Positions 8,790-18,107 of a stretch of DNA of 64,000 bases are shown here, piece after piece. Source of the stretch: a virus (Duplodnaviria > Caudoviricetes); the IMG/VR virus record IMGVR_UViG_3300009155_000035; one strand, 5' to 3'. A program made the position numbers and the translations under genes. The notes beneath the pieces are model-generated. The model saw only the letters and a list, made by a program, of their open reading frames with translations, had not been told where the DNA came from and did no database searches. Numbering within the stretch: position 1 is the stretch's first letter; every line of letters starts with the position of its first letter.

Positions 8790-9878
8790 ATGCTAGACGC
8801 AATTAAACCATTGCTAGATAGCGGCCTAATCAACGAGGACGTCAGCAAGGAACTCAACGAAGCTTGGGAATCTAAGTTGGTGGAGGCTCGTGAACAGGTA
8901 CGTGCAGAACTCCGTGAAGAGTTTGCACAACGTTATGAGCATGACAAAAGTGTGATGGTAGAAGCCCTAGATCGCATGGTAACAGACGGTCTTACACAAG
9001 AGATCCAGGCTGTGGCTGCTGAAAAGCAAGCACTAGCTGAAGATCGCGTTAAGTTCCAAGTCAAGATGAAAGAATCTGCTACAAAGTTTAACGACTTTAT
9101 GGTAGGAAAGCTTGCTGAGGAAATTGGCGAATTGCGTAAAGATCGTAAGATGCACAACGAATCCCTAGAAAAACTAGAAAAATTCGTTGTACGAGCTCTT
9201 GCAGAAGAAATTAGTGAATTTGCACAAGACAAAAAGGACTTGGTGGAAACCAAAGTTCGTCTAGTTAGCGAAGCACGTAATAAACTTGAAGGCTTGAAAG
9301 CACGTTTCGTCAAAGAAAGTGCAGACAAGATGAGCAAAGCTGTTAGCCAGCATCTAAAAACAGAACTTACACAACTTCATGAAGACATCAAAATTGCTCG
9401 CGAGAACAGTTTTGGTCGTCGTATTTTTGAAGCTTACGCTGCCGAATTTGGTGCAACTCATCTCAATGAGAACGCAGAAGTTCGCAAGCTCAAGAAAGTT
9501 CTGGTAGCCAAAGATCATCAGCTTAGTGAAGCTACCCGTATTGTTCAACAGGCAAAAACTCTTGTTGAATCTAAGGACCGTGAGATTCGCGTGATCAAAG
9601 AATCCAATGAACGTGCAAACGTCATGGAAGAATTGTTGGCTCCTCTTAATGAAGAGAAGCAAGCAGTCATGAAGAATCTTTTGGAAAGCGTACAGACTTC
9701 TCGTCTTAAAAACGCTTATGAAAAGTATCTACCAGCCGTACTTACAGACACAGCACCAAAAGCTCGCAAGGTAATTAGTGAGAGTGTTAGTGTAGTAACT
9801 GGTGATAAAACCGTGCCAGCCGCGCAAGTTGAAGACCGCAGTAATGTGATCGACATCAAACGTCTGGCTGGTCTATAA
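8790..9878 (+). CDS. Prohead scaffolding protein (T4 gp22-like)
   Basis: Charged coiled-coil between protease and capsid genes. SD AGGAGA. Confidence 0.85.
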   Translation: MLDAIKPLLDSGLINEDVSKELNEAWESKLVEAREQVRAELREEFAQRYEHDKSVMVEALDRMVTDGLTQEIQAVAAEKQALAEDRVKFQVKMKESATKFNDFMVGKLAEEIGELRKDRKMHNESLEKLEKFVVRALAEEISEFAQDKKDLVETKVRLVSEARNKLEGLKARFVKESADKMSKAVSQHLKTELTQLHEDIKIARENSFGRRIFEAYAAEFGATHLNENAEVRKLKKVLVAKDHQLSEATRIVQQAKTLVESKDREIRVIKESNERANVMEELLAPLNEEKQAVMKNLLESVQTSRLKNAYEKYLPAVLTDTAPKARKVISESVSVVTGDKTVPAAQVEDRSNVIDIKRLAGL

Positions 9879-9903
9879 TTTAATAGAACAAAAGGAGACT
9901 TAA

Positions 9904-11121
9904 ATGTCACAAGAACTATTAGAAGGCCGTTGGGACGAGACCAAAGAAGCATTGCTCGAAGGACTCAAAGGAAACCGACGCAACTCTATGAACGTAATTC
10001 TCGAAAATACTCGCAAGTATCTTCGTGAAAATGCCAGCGCAGGATCTACTGTATCTGGTAACATCGCTACATTAAACCGTGTGATTCTTCCAGTGATTCG
10101 TCGTGTTATGCCGACTGTTATCGCTAACGAAATCGTTGGTGTTCAGCCAATGACTGGCCCAGTCGGCCAAATTCACACACTACGTGTACGTTATGCATCT
10201 ACAATGACTGACCAAACAGCAGCCGCTACTTCTGTAGTTGCTGGTGAAGAAGCATTATCTCCATTCAAGATCGCTGTTGCATACTCTGCTGGCGCCCGTG
10301 GTGCTGACAACGCTGCCACTACACAGACAGCCGCTCAAGGCTACGCTGGTGGTGCTACTGCTACCCTAGAAGGTAATGGTGGTCGTCAGATCTCTGTACA
10401 AATCTTGAAACAAGCTGTTGAAGCCAAGACTCGCAAGTTGCAAGCTCGTTGGACATTTGAAGCCGCTCAAGATGCACAAGCCATGCACGGTATTGATGTT
10501 GAAGCAGAAATTATGGCTGCTTTGGCTCAAGAAATCACAGCTGAAATTGACCAAGAGATTCTCTTGTCTCTACGCAGTCTAGCTCAAACTGAGTTTACAT
10601 ACAACCAAGCTACCGTTTCTGGTACAGCTACATTCGTTGGTGATGAGCATGCCGCATTGGCTGTTCTAGTTAACCGTGTTGCTAACTTGATCGCCCAACG
10701 TACACGTCGTGGCGCCGGTAACTGGGCTGTTGTTAGCTCTGCCGCTTTGACAGTGTTGCAATCTGCAACTACTTCTGCTTTTGCTCGCACTACAGAAGGT
10801 ACTTTTGAAGCACCTACAAACACCAAGTTTGTTGGTACATTGAACGGTGCAATGCGTGTGTTTGTTGACTCTTATGCATCTGACTCAACACCTGTGTTGG
10901 TTGGTTACAAAGGTTCTAGCGAAGCTGACGCAGCCGCTTTCTACTGCCCATACATTCCGTTGATGAGCAGTGGTGTTGTTCTTGATCCAACAACATTCGA
11001 ACCAGTTGTGTCATTCATGACACGTTACGGTTACATTGAGTTGACAAACACTGCCAGCTCATTCGGTAACGCTGGTGACTATGTTGGCGAGATCGCTGTA
11101 CAGAACTTGTCTTTCTCCTAA
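9904..11121 (+). CDS. Major capsid protein (T4 gp23-like)
   Basis: RRVMP..IA..IVGVQPMTGP.GQI, VEAKTRKL.A.WT.E.AQD, FYCPYIPL, TRYG motifs. SD AAGGAGA. Confidence 0.97.
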   Translation: MSQELLEGRWDETKEALLEGLKGNRRNSMNVILENTRKYLRENASAGSTVSGNIATLNRVILPVIRRVMPTVIANEIVGVQPMTGPVGQIHTLRVRYASTMTDQTAAATSVVAGEEALSPFKIAVAYSAGARGADNAATTQTAAQGYAGGATATLEGNGGRQISVQILKQAVEAKTRKLQARWTFEAAQDAQAMHGIDVEAEIMAALAQEITAEIDQEILLSLRSLAQTEFTYNQATVSGTATFVGDEHAALAVLVNRVANLIAQRTRRGAGNWAVVSSAALTVLQSATTSAFARTTEGTFEAPTNTKFVGTLNGAMRVFVDSYASDSTPVLVGYKGSSEADAAAFYCPYIPLMSSGVVLDPTTFEPVVSFMTRYGYIELTNTASSFGNAGDYVGEIAVQNLSFS

Positions 11122-11140
11122 TCAGAGATTACACCCAAAC

Positions 11141-11166
11141 AAAAACCCGCTTCGGCGGGTTTTTTA
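11141..11166. terminator. Bidirectional intrinsic terminator
   Basis: AAAAACCCGC-TTCG-GCGGGTTTTTT between convergent genes. Confidence 0.92.
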
Positions 11167-11170
11167 TTGT

Positions 11171-11413
11171 CTAATAATTGATCAAAAGTTTGATATCTTC
11201 GTGTTTGACAACTATGATGTTATGTACTTTGCTGTCAAATTTAATAGGTAAGTCGAGGTGAATAGTAATTCTAGCCCCAGTGTTATTAATTACAGTATCG
11301 TTGCCCACTGTACCAATAAAAGGAATTTTATTCCATTTACCAAAAACGCGATCTCCTAGAAAGTATTCGGGTTTATAACCAATACGTTCAAAATAATCTG
11401 TTTGATTTCCCAT
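11171..11413 (-). CDS. Hypothetical protein
   Basis: 80 aa, SD GGAGG, ends at the shared terminator. Confidence 0.65.
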   Translation of the reverse strand: MGNQTDYFERIGYKPEYFLGDRVFGKWNKIPFIGTVGNDTVINNTGARITIHLDLPIKFDSKVHNIIVVKHEDIKLLINY

Positions 11414-11491
11414 AATACCTCCAATGGTTGTGCTGTATTAGTTATTGTACATGTAATACTTCAAATGTCAATAGAAACGGGTAAATATAGA

Positions 11492-12160
11492 GTGGCTAAA
11501 ATATTTTATACTCCCCCGGGCTATTCAGGAACAGCAGAATTAACTGCTAGTACTGGCCTTTCTATCACCGATCAAGGACATTGGAGATTCAGTCAATCTG
11601 GATTCAACGATGGTGCAACGTTTGGGTTAAGCCTTGGCTGGCCCAACAAAACCAACAGCGGTGACTATTACTCTGGTGGTGCTAACTCGTTTAAAACAAA
11701 ACCACTGAGTGGTGGGCATTTAGATTTAACAGCTACCAATTGGGCTATTGCAGTTATTGGTAATACACTGACTGATTATACTGATCCAGACACTCATGTA
11801 ACTTACCCAGCAAGTCAATGCAGAATACAAATCGTAGGTAAATGGGATGTCAAACGCGGTCAAAATACAAACAGTTACAACAGTTTTGGTATTTTTTATA
11901 CTGGCACAACAGCAACTGACTTAGGTAACAGAGAGATGGATCCATCATTGTTATCCTATCTTTCCCCTAGTGCAATATACACAATTCAAGGCGCCGATGT
12001 AACTGGTGGTGCATTGGACACGTTTAGTGGGCATGAATTTTATTGCAGAGTTACTGAAACTTCTAACAGTGACAACAGCAATAACGAATATCAAAGTAAC
12101 ACAATTACTAGACCTGCCTGGGTGTACACTTATACCAAAAGTTGGGAAATTGAAGTTTAA
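11492..12160 (+). CDS. Hypothetical beta-rich protein, possibly virion-associated
   Basis: Gly/Thr/Ser/Tyr-rich. GTG start 4 nt after TAAATA (11482-11487). ATG 11465 is an alternative start. Confidence 0.55.
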   Translation: MAKIFYTPPGYSGTAELTASTGLSITDQGHWRFSQSGFNDGATFGLSLGWPNKTNSGDYYSGGANSFKTKPLSGGHLDLTATNWAIAVIGNTLTDYTDPDTHVTYPASQCRIQIVGKWDVKRGQNTNSYNSFGIFYTGTTATDLGNREMDPSLLSYLSPSAIYTIQGADVTGGALDTFSGHEFYCRVTETSNSDNSNNEYQSNTITRPAWVYTYTKSWEIEV

Positions 12161-13305
12161 ATTTTATAAAGCTTCAAGTTTTTAGTAATCTTGTTGCAGA
12201 CTGTGGACCAGTCCCCCATTTTCTCTTGACGGAACAACAGCGCAGTGCTGTACCACGGTGATGTATTTCGCTCAGTAAGCCAACGCCAATCCACTGCAAA
12301 CTTGTTTAGCATGACCCAGGTTGGTCTTCCCAGTGCTCCAGCTAAATGTGCCACAGCAGTATCAACAGTTACTACAACATCCATATGCATGAGTTGACCA
12401 GCAGTGTCTGCAAACCCACTGGTACTGCCAGGAAATATCAACACACCAGCTTCAACTAACTGTGCCTCTTGTTCAGGAGTAGCATCAATTTGAAGATTGA
12501 CCCAATCAAACTCTGGATTTTGTTTGATCAAGGCTAGCATGGTTTCAAACGGCACGCCCTTGTGCGCATTTAGCCAATTGTCCTTGCGACCGCTCCAACA
12601 AAATCCCACTCGCATTTTCTTCTTGGGCCCCAGACGTTGAGCCCACTCTGTAATTTTTGCAGGGTTGGCGTTGAGATAACCTAGAGTTGATGGTAATTTT
12701 TCTAACGTTTGCCCCAGACATTTTGGAATACTCATCATGGGGACCCAACAATCAAACTCCCCGGGATCATCACTGTAATTTCCAGTCCATTCAATTACCC
12801 CGCCACTGCCAAACATAGTAACTAAGCTAGAGGTGGTTTGCACTTTGACTTTTGCACCACGTTGGGCCAACGCATATACAAATCTCACAAATTGTATGTT
12901 GTCCCCGTGACCTTGCTCGCCAACTACAAGAATAGTTTTTCCATTAATATCTTCTCCCCACCAACGCGGCTTGTCAATTTTAGGCAATGTACCTGCTAAA
13001 TGTTCGTATTCCCAGCGACTTTCGTAAGCATCAAATCCTTGGATGTAATCTCCCATGAGCAAATAACTTATAGCTAGATTAAATTTTGCATGAACATATC
13101 TCGGTTCAAGCGTTATGGCTCTTTGCAAAAACGGAATAGCACCAGCAGGGTCTCCTAGTTCTCTAAGAACATTGCCGTAGTTGTTCCATGCTGGCGCATA
13201 GTTTCTATCCATTACAAAAGCTTGAGCATAAAATGCCAAAGCTTCTTCTGGTTTGTTTTCAGCACGAAGCTGGTTCCCGTAATCTATTAGTTCAATTGGA
13301 GTCAT
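12157..13305 (-). CDS. TPR-repeat protein fused to a GT9-like glycosyltransferase domain
   Basis: N-terminal TPRs (AWNNYGNVL.ELG, A.FNLA...L..G), EQG.GD..QF.R, VG..WSG, DVVVTVDTAVAHLAGALG.PTWVM. Start 13305 lies 5 nt after TAAATA. Confidence 0.85.
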   Translation of the reverse strand: MTPIELIDYGNQLRAENKPEEALAFYAQAFVMDRNYAPAWNNYGNVLRELGDPAGAIPFLQRAITLEPRYVHAKFNLAISYLLMGDYIQGFDAYESRWEYEHLAGTLPKIDKPRWWGEDINGKTILVVGEQGHGDNIQFVRFVYALAQRGAKVKVQTTSSLVTMFGSGGVIEWTGNYSDDPGEFDCWVPMMSIPKCLGQTLEKLPSTLGYLNANPAKITEWAQRLGPKKKMRVGFCWSGRKDNWLNAHKGVPFETMLALIKQNPEFDWVNLQIDATPEQEAQLVEAGVLIFPGSTSGFADTAGQLMHMDVVVTVDTAVAHLAGALGRPTWVMLNKFAVDWRWLTERNTSPWYSTALLFRQEKMGDWSTVCNKITKNLKLYKI

Positions 13306-13351
13306 GTTGATATTTAAACTGTTGTAGGGTGTCATAGAATATTTGTTTATC

Positions 13352-13452
13352 TATAAATACTACTCAACACAATTTGGTGTTTTATGCTGATGATTAATAC
13401 CTAACAGCGTAGCGGCTAGAACCCGCATCGGACTTCTTTAAGGAGAAAACAA
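13352..13452 (+). promoter_or_regulatory. Late promoter followed by a structured 5' leader
   Basis: TATAAATA 13352-13359, three hairpins, then SD AAGGAG at 13440. Confidence 0.5.
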
Positions 13453-13971
13453 ATGGGTCGTCCTCTAAAAATTAAAAAATCAACAACCAAAGACATCGGT
13501 TTTAACAATCTTGGTAGCCTAACAAATCCAGTTTACCCTGCAACATTAAACTCAGCTCAATACCTGGGTGCAGTTGGTGGTGAAAACACCAGCGTGGCCA
13601 CATCAGCATATCCTGTGGTTCGTGTTCAAGCACGTGACACCACTGGAGCCGAGGAAGCCGCAATCATTGTGCGTCAAAAAGGAAGCACAACATATTTGGT
13701 GTTGGGTCAAAGCAGTGGAAACACATATCAAGCTACTTTGGCAAATCAGGCAACTGGCACACTATCACCAGGCAACATGAATATTGCCATGTTCAACGGC
13801 GACAGCACAGATATTCTAATCAGTAAACTCACCAACAAGTTTGCCTTGGATTATTCTACACCACCTGTTCGTTATGTGATTAACTTCTTCACAGACGAAG
13901 GCACTGAAATCAAGTCTGGTACAAAAGGCGAAACAAACGCATTGGCTATTGCAGAAAACTACACAAGCTAA
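13453..13971 (+). CDS. Hypothetical virion structural protein
   Basis: 172 aa, strong SD, codon usage like the capsid gene. Confidence 0.6.
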   Translation: MGRPLKIKKSTTKDIGFNNLGSLTNPVYPATLNSAQYLGAVGGENTSVATSAYPVVRVQARDTTGAEEAAIIVRQKGSTTYLVLGQSSGNTYQATLANQATGTLSPGNMNIAMFNGDSTDILISKLTNKFALDYSTPPVRYVINFFTDEGTEIKSGTKGETNALAIAENYTS

Positions 13972-13989
13972 TTTCTATTTGGCTAGGCC

Positions 13990-14022
13990 ATCCTCCTTGC
14001 TACATAACAAGGAGGATTTTTT
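13990..14022 (+). terminator. Terminator-like hairpin whose 3' arm contains the SD of the next gene
   Basis: ATCCTCCTTG-ctacataa-CAAGGAGGAT-TTTTT-ATG. Confidence 0.7.
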
Positions 14023-14607
14023 ATGGCGGCATTTGTGCTAGGTAACGGAGTAAGCAGGGAATCAGTTTCAGTTGATCAACTGCTTTCTTTGGGGGCAGTT
14101 TATGGTTGCAATGGATTGTATCGTACACATGCAATTACTGCATTGGTAGCAACAGACCAACCTATCGCCAAACTAATACAAGATTCTGGATACAGCAAAA
14201 AACACAGATTTTACACACGAAGACCTTTGCCAAATACTGGTGCTGTTCAAATAGGTAAAACTTATTTTGGTTATAGTTCAGGACCAATTGCCACTTCTAT
14301 TGCAGCCGCAGATGGACAGGGAAGAATGTATTTGTTAGGCTTTGACATGGGACCAGACAAGCAAGGAAAATTTAACAATGTCTATGCTGGGACTGAGTAT
14401 TACAAAGAAGTTGGTGCAACACCTACTTTTACAGGCAATTGGGTCAAGCAATTAGCAAAAATAATGACAGATTACCCCAACAGAGAATTTATAAGAGTAT
14501 ATGGGGAGACCACTGCCAAGATCCCAGAGTTTGATAAGATCTCAAACTTACAACACATCACTCTTGCAACCTTTTTAGAACGAATAAATAATAGAAAGGA
14601 TCTGTAG
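14023..14607 (+). CDS. Sialyltransferase-fold (Maf/DUF115/GT42-like) putative glycosyltransferase
   Basis: FVLGNGVSR, YGCNGLYR, A.D, YLLGFD motif series. Confidence 0.5.
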   Translation: MAAFVLGNGVSRESVSVDQLLSLGAVYGCNGLYRTHAITALVATDQPIAKLIQDSGYSKKHRFYTRRPLPNTGAVQIGKTYFGYSSGPIATSIAAADGQGRMYLLGFDMGPDKQGKFNNVYAGTEYYKEVGATPTFTGNWVKQLAKIMTDYPNREFIRVYGETTAKIPEFDKISNLQHITLATFLERINNRKDL

Positions 14608-15261
14608 ATGACTGCCTATAAACGAACTCTTGGCGATTACAATATTATCAGCATTGACCCGTCAGCCGGTGATAATTTAAATATCGTAACGCACACTGTA
14701 AATCTTACTGGTAACTTAGATGTTACCGGTAATGTCACATACATCAACGTCAACGACCTCACAGTAGATGACCCATTTATTACAGTTGCTGGCAATAACG
14801 CAGGCAGCGGTAACGCGGCAACATTTCCTCAACAAGGTCTTGTAGCGCAGACTGGATCAGCATCTTACGCCGGGTTACGATTTAACAATGTCAGCAACAC
14901 TTGGGAGATCAGCCCAAGTGTTGCAGGCAACGGCGCTCCAATAACATCATATCAAGCTATTGGTACTGCATCGGCTGGATCGGCTGCTGGCCCATTAACT
15001 GCAATTCAGTTTAAAGATGTTGGCAATGTTTTTGGTGGTAATGCCAGTTTTACATTTGATTATGCAAATTCAAAAGTTACACTCACTGGACATCAAGTGT
15101 TTGGTAACATTGGTACTGCTCCCACTGCTGTTGCCAACAGCGTGGCTATTTACAACAACATTGAAGGTTCAGGCGGCACTGGCCTGTATGTTAAAAGCCC
15201 CACAGTCCAAGATGAACTTGTAAGCAAAAGCAAAGCAATTGTCTTTGCAATTATATTTTAA
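14608..15261 (+). CDS. Tail fibre-associated structural protein
   Basis: GNL.VTGN.TYIN..DL.VDDPFI module, also present at the N-terminus of the 19435 fibre. Confidence 0.6.
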   Translation: MTAYKRTLGDYNIISIDPSAGDNLNIVTHTVNLTGNLDVTGNVTYINVNDLTVDDPFITVAGNNAGSGNAATFPQQGLVAQTGSASYAGLRFNNVSNTWEISPSVAGNGAPITSYQAIGTASAGSAAGPLTAIQFKDVGNVFGGNASFTFDYANSKVTLTGHQVFGNIGTAPTAVANSVAIYNNIEGSGGTGLYVKSPTVQDELVSKSKAIVFAIIF

Positions 15262-15270
15262 GGAATACAC

Positions 15271-15585
15271 ATGACAATCGCTACAGCCAACGTTACAACC
15301 GTTACAACATCAGTTTATACCAGTTCTGGAAATACTGCTATTACATTCTTAAGTCTGTGCAACTACAGCGTAGGAAATGTAACAGCAAACGTTCACGTAG
15401 TTCCAAGTGGTGGCACAGCAAACAGTATCAACAAAATTTTAGCCAGTATTGAAATACTGACTCTGGATACATATCAGCTGTATGCTGGCGGCGAAAAATT
15501 GTTATTAAACAACGGTGATTCGGTACAAATCAATGCCAGTGGAAACTCTGCAATTTCTGCAGTTACTAGTTATACAACAATTTAA
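15271..15585 (+). CDS. Small virion structural protein
   Basis: 104 aa, Thr/Ser/Asn-rich beta protein in the fibre operon. Confidence 0.6.
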   Translation: MTIATANVTTVTTSVYTSSGNTAITFLSLCNYSVGNVTANVHVVPSGGTANSINKILASIEILTLDTYQLYAGGEKLLLNNGDSVQINASGNSAISAVTSYTTI

Positions 15586-15986
15586 TGGGTTATTACGTCA
15601 AAAACAGAAGATTGGAATCAGGATCTACTGGTGTGGTAATTCCCACCGGTAGCTCGGCCACGCGACCTCTAGCACCAACATTTGGTCTTATAAGATACAA
15701 TACTGATTTGGCATCAGTTGAATATTTTAACGGAATTCAGTTTGTACAGCTAAGTGCCGCTGGGGCTATTGACTACACAATTGATTCATTTACTGGCGAC
15801 GGATCAACATACGTATTCACTATGACGGTTGCAGTTTCATCTGCATCTCAAATCATGGTGTTTGTGGGAAGCATTTATCAGAATTCAAATACAGCTTATA
15901 CAGTAAATGGAGGATTTGATATTACATTTACTTCAGCCCCGCCCGATGGTGAACCTATTTCTATAATTCACAGTAGCGTTACCTAA
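15585..15986 (+). CDS. Small fibre-associated structural protein
   Basis: IP.G....RP...G.IRYNT and FTGDGS..VF...ITF..AP modules. Confidence 0.6.
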   Translation: MGYYVKNRRLESGSTGVVIPTGSSATRPLAPTFGLIRYNTDLASVEYFNGIQFVQLSAAGAIDYTIDSFTGDGSTYVFTMTVAVSSASQIMVFVGSIYQNSNTAYTVNGGFDITFTSAPPDGEPISIIHSSVT

Positions 15987-15995
15987 AGGACAGTA

Positions 15996-18107
15996 ATGGC
16001 AATTAACAAAATTTCTGGCAATATACTAGCAGATAATCTGCAACGCGGTGCTAATTTAAGTATTCAAGGCAATCTATTTTATGTAGATGTTGTCAATACT
16101 CGCCTTGGCGTAAACACTAGTTCACCTACTGCCACATTGACTATTGCTGGCAATACTGTTATTTCAACAACTCTTAACGTAAGCGGAAACGCAACAGTTG
16201 GTAATTTGCAAACATCTGGGGGATTGACTGCAACCGGGGGGTTAATTGCAACTGGTAATATCACCGGCAATGGTGTGACTCTGGCAGCCAACACTATTTT
16301 GGCTGCATCTGGCAAGCTGGCTTTGGGATCAAACGCAAATATCTTGATCACTGGCGGATCTTCAAATTATGTTCTTACTACCGACGGCACCGGCAATTTG
16401 TCATGGTCATCTGCAGGTTCTATTGGTGTTATTGGTAACTCTATACCAATGGGAACCAATTCATTAGGTAATCTTGTTAGCAACGCCGTGACGCTGACAA
16501 CTGCAACCACTGTGACCGACGGTATTACTCAATTAAACACAGTGCTTGGAAAATTAGTACCAGCAAGTCCCCCCAATTTTCCAAATAACACAACCCTTTC
16601 AATAACCACAGCAACTTCATCAGGTCGTATGTGTAACTTTGTACAAACTGACAACACTCCGGCAGCCAACAAATCAGTTGCAGGTGGTACGGTGGTATCA
16701 GTAGTGCGTGGCAGTTCGTATACAACCAACACTATTACTAATACTGGTCCCGGGGACACCGGAACATTAACAGTATATTTGAATGGAACCGGTGCTGGCA
16801 ACGTAACATTTAACACTGGGGCATCGCCTAGTGCAAACGGTACATACGGTAACTTGGTTGTAACTAACAATTATGATTATAACACCGCCAACGCAAACAT
16901 TGCGGCAGGATTTTGGTATGTGTTCTCATCTCGGGCCAGTGGCACAGTTACACAAGGCTGGAATGAAGTATATTTGGCAGACACTGCCGCAGGCAATACC
17001 AACACTCCATCATGGTATTATGATGCAGCCGCTCCGGGAACACCAGTTTATTCAAACGTGTCTGTGACTGCATGTGCTAGTCCTAGTTTAAGTTATTCAA
17101 GCACAATTCCACACTATAACTCAGGAACACAATTTGGTTTTGGGTTTAGTGTAAACAAATTGTCTGGGGATTTGTATCCAAATAATGGAAACTTGTTGAC
17201 AAACTCAACTGCCGCAGGAGGTGCTTTTCAAGCGCCAGCTAGTGTAACGTATGCCTCTGCCAATGTTACTGTGCCGTTGACTAGAAACTTATATGTAAGT
17301 TCGGGCACAGCAACAGGAAATACAACAGCTAATATTGTAGCATCTGGGTTTGGGTCTAGCTCAACTGGACCAAGCGTTACTGTAACCAACAGTTATAATT
17401 CAGCATCACAAGCATTTACCACGGCCCTGGCCGCAACGGTGCTTTATAAGAATGGCAACAGTACTGCCATTGACGAAGGCAATGTTGTTGTAACTAGTGT
17501 GGGTACTGGATCTGGTAATGCATTTAGAATTATCAACCCTGGTGCAGGAAACACTCCGACATATACTGGCAATGCGTCGGCATTTAACAGCCAGTCTAGT
17601 ACATTACAAACTTATGACGCCACAGTGGTGGGCAGTTCCAGCCAAGGTGTATTAAAACACGATCAAACCAATTATGCCACTGGGTATTTGCCAGCAGGAC
17701 CAAATTTAAGTTCAGGAAGATCAGGAACACAGTATTTTACATTTAAATTTGTAAGAACTGATGTGAGTAAATTTGATATCACCTATGCTGGAAATGTAGC
17801 TGGTATGTGGGTAGCATTGCCTGGAAGTGTGATTGATGCTAGTTCAAGCGCCAATGGTTGGATTAACATGACTCAGGCTTACGGTGGTGCAGGATATCCA
17901 GGAGTCAACAGTCCAGGCAATGGGTCAGACGGGTGTAGCTTGGGCGGAGCAGTAACACCCAATCTAACCACAGCGTCAGTCAGTAAAACATGCACGTTTG
18001 GCACAGTTTCAAGCTCGAGCACTGCAACAAATGAAATTTACGTTAGGATAGCTCTAACGTCAGGGCAGTCAGTAACTGGCCTATCACTTAAGGCAGCGAG
18101 CAACTAA
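15996..18107 (+). CDS. Tail fibre / virion structural protein
   Basis: 703 aa, Ser/Thr/Gly/Asn-rich with GNL.A.G repeats. Confidence 0.7.
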   Translation: MAINKISGNILADNLQRGANLSIQGNLFYVDVVNTRLGVNTSSPTATLTIAGNTVISTTLNVSGNATVGNLQTSGGLTATGGLIATGNITGNGVTLAANTILAASGKLALGSNANILITGGSSNYVLTTDGTGNLSWSSAGSIGVIGNSIPMGTNSLGNLVSNAVTLTTATTVTDGITQLNTVLGKLVPASPPNFPNNTTLSITTATSSGRMCNFVQTDNTPAANKSVAGGTVVSVVRGSSYTTNTITNTGPGDTGTLTVYLNGTGAGNVTFNTGASPSANGTYGNLVVTNNYDYNTANANIAAGFWYVFSSRASGTVTQGWNEVYLADTAAGNTNTPSWYYDAAAPGTPVYSNVSVTACASPSLSYSSTIPHYNSGTQFGFGFSVNKLSGDLYPNNGNLLTNSTAAGGAFQAPASVTYASANVTVPLTRNLYVSSGTATGNTTANIVASGFGSSSTGPSVTVTNSYNSASQAFTTALAATVLYKNGNSTAIDEGNVVVTSVGTGSGNAFRIINPGAGNTPTYTGNASAFNSQSSTLQTYDATVVGSSSQGVLKHDQTNYATGYLPAGPNLSSGRSGTQYFTFKFVRTDVSKFDITYAGNVAGMWVALPGSVIDASSSANGWINMTQAYGGAGYPGVNSPGNGSDGCSLGGAVTPNLTTASVSKTCTFGTVSSSSTATNEIYVRIALTSGQSVTGLSLKAASN

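Noticed and set aside
13387-13450. CTGATGA read as a hammerhead core or fluoride riboswitch
   Set aside because: There is no stem II closing onto a GAAA and no fluoride pseudoknot partner.
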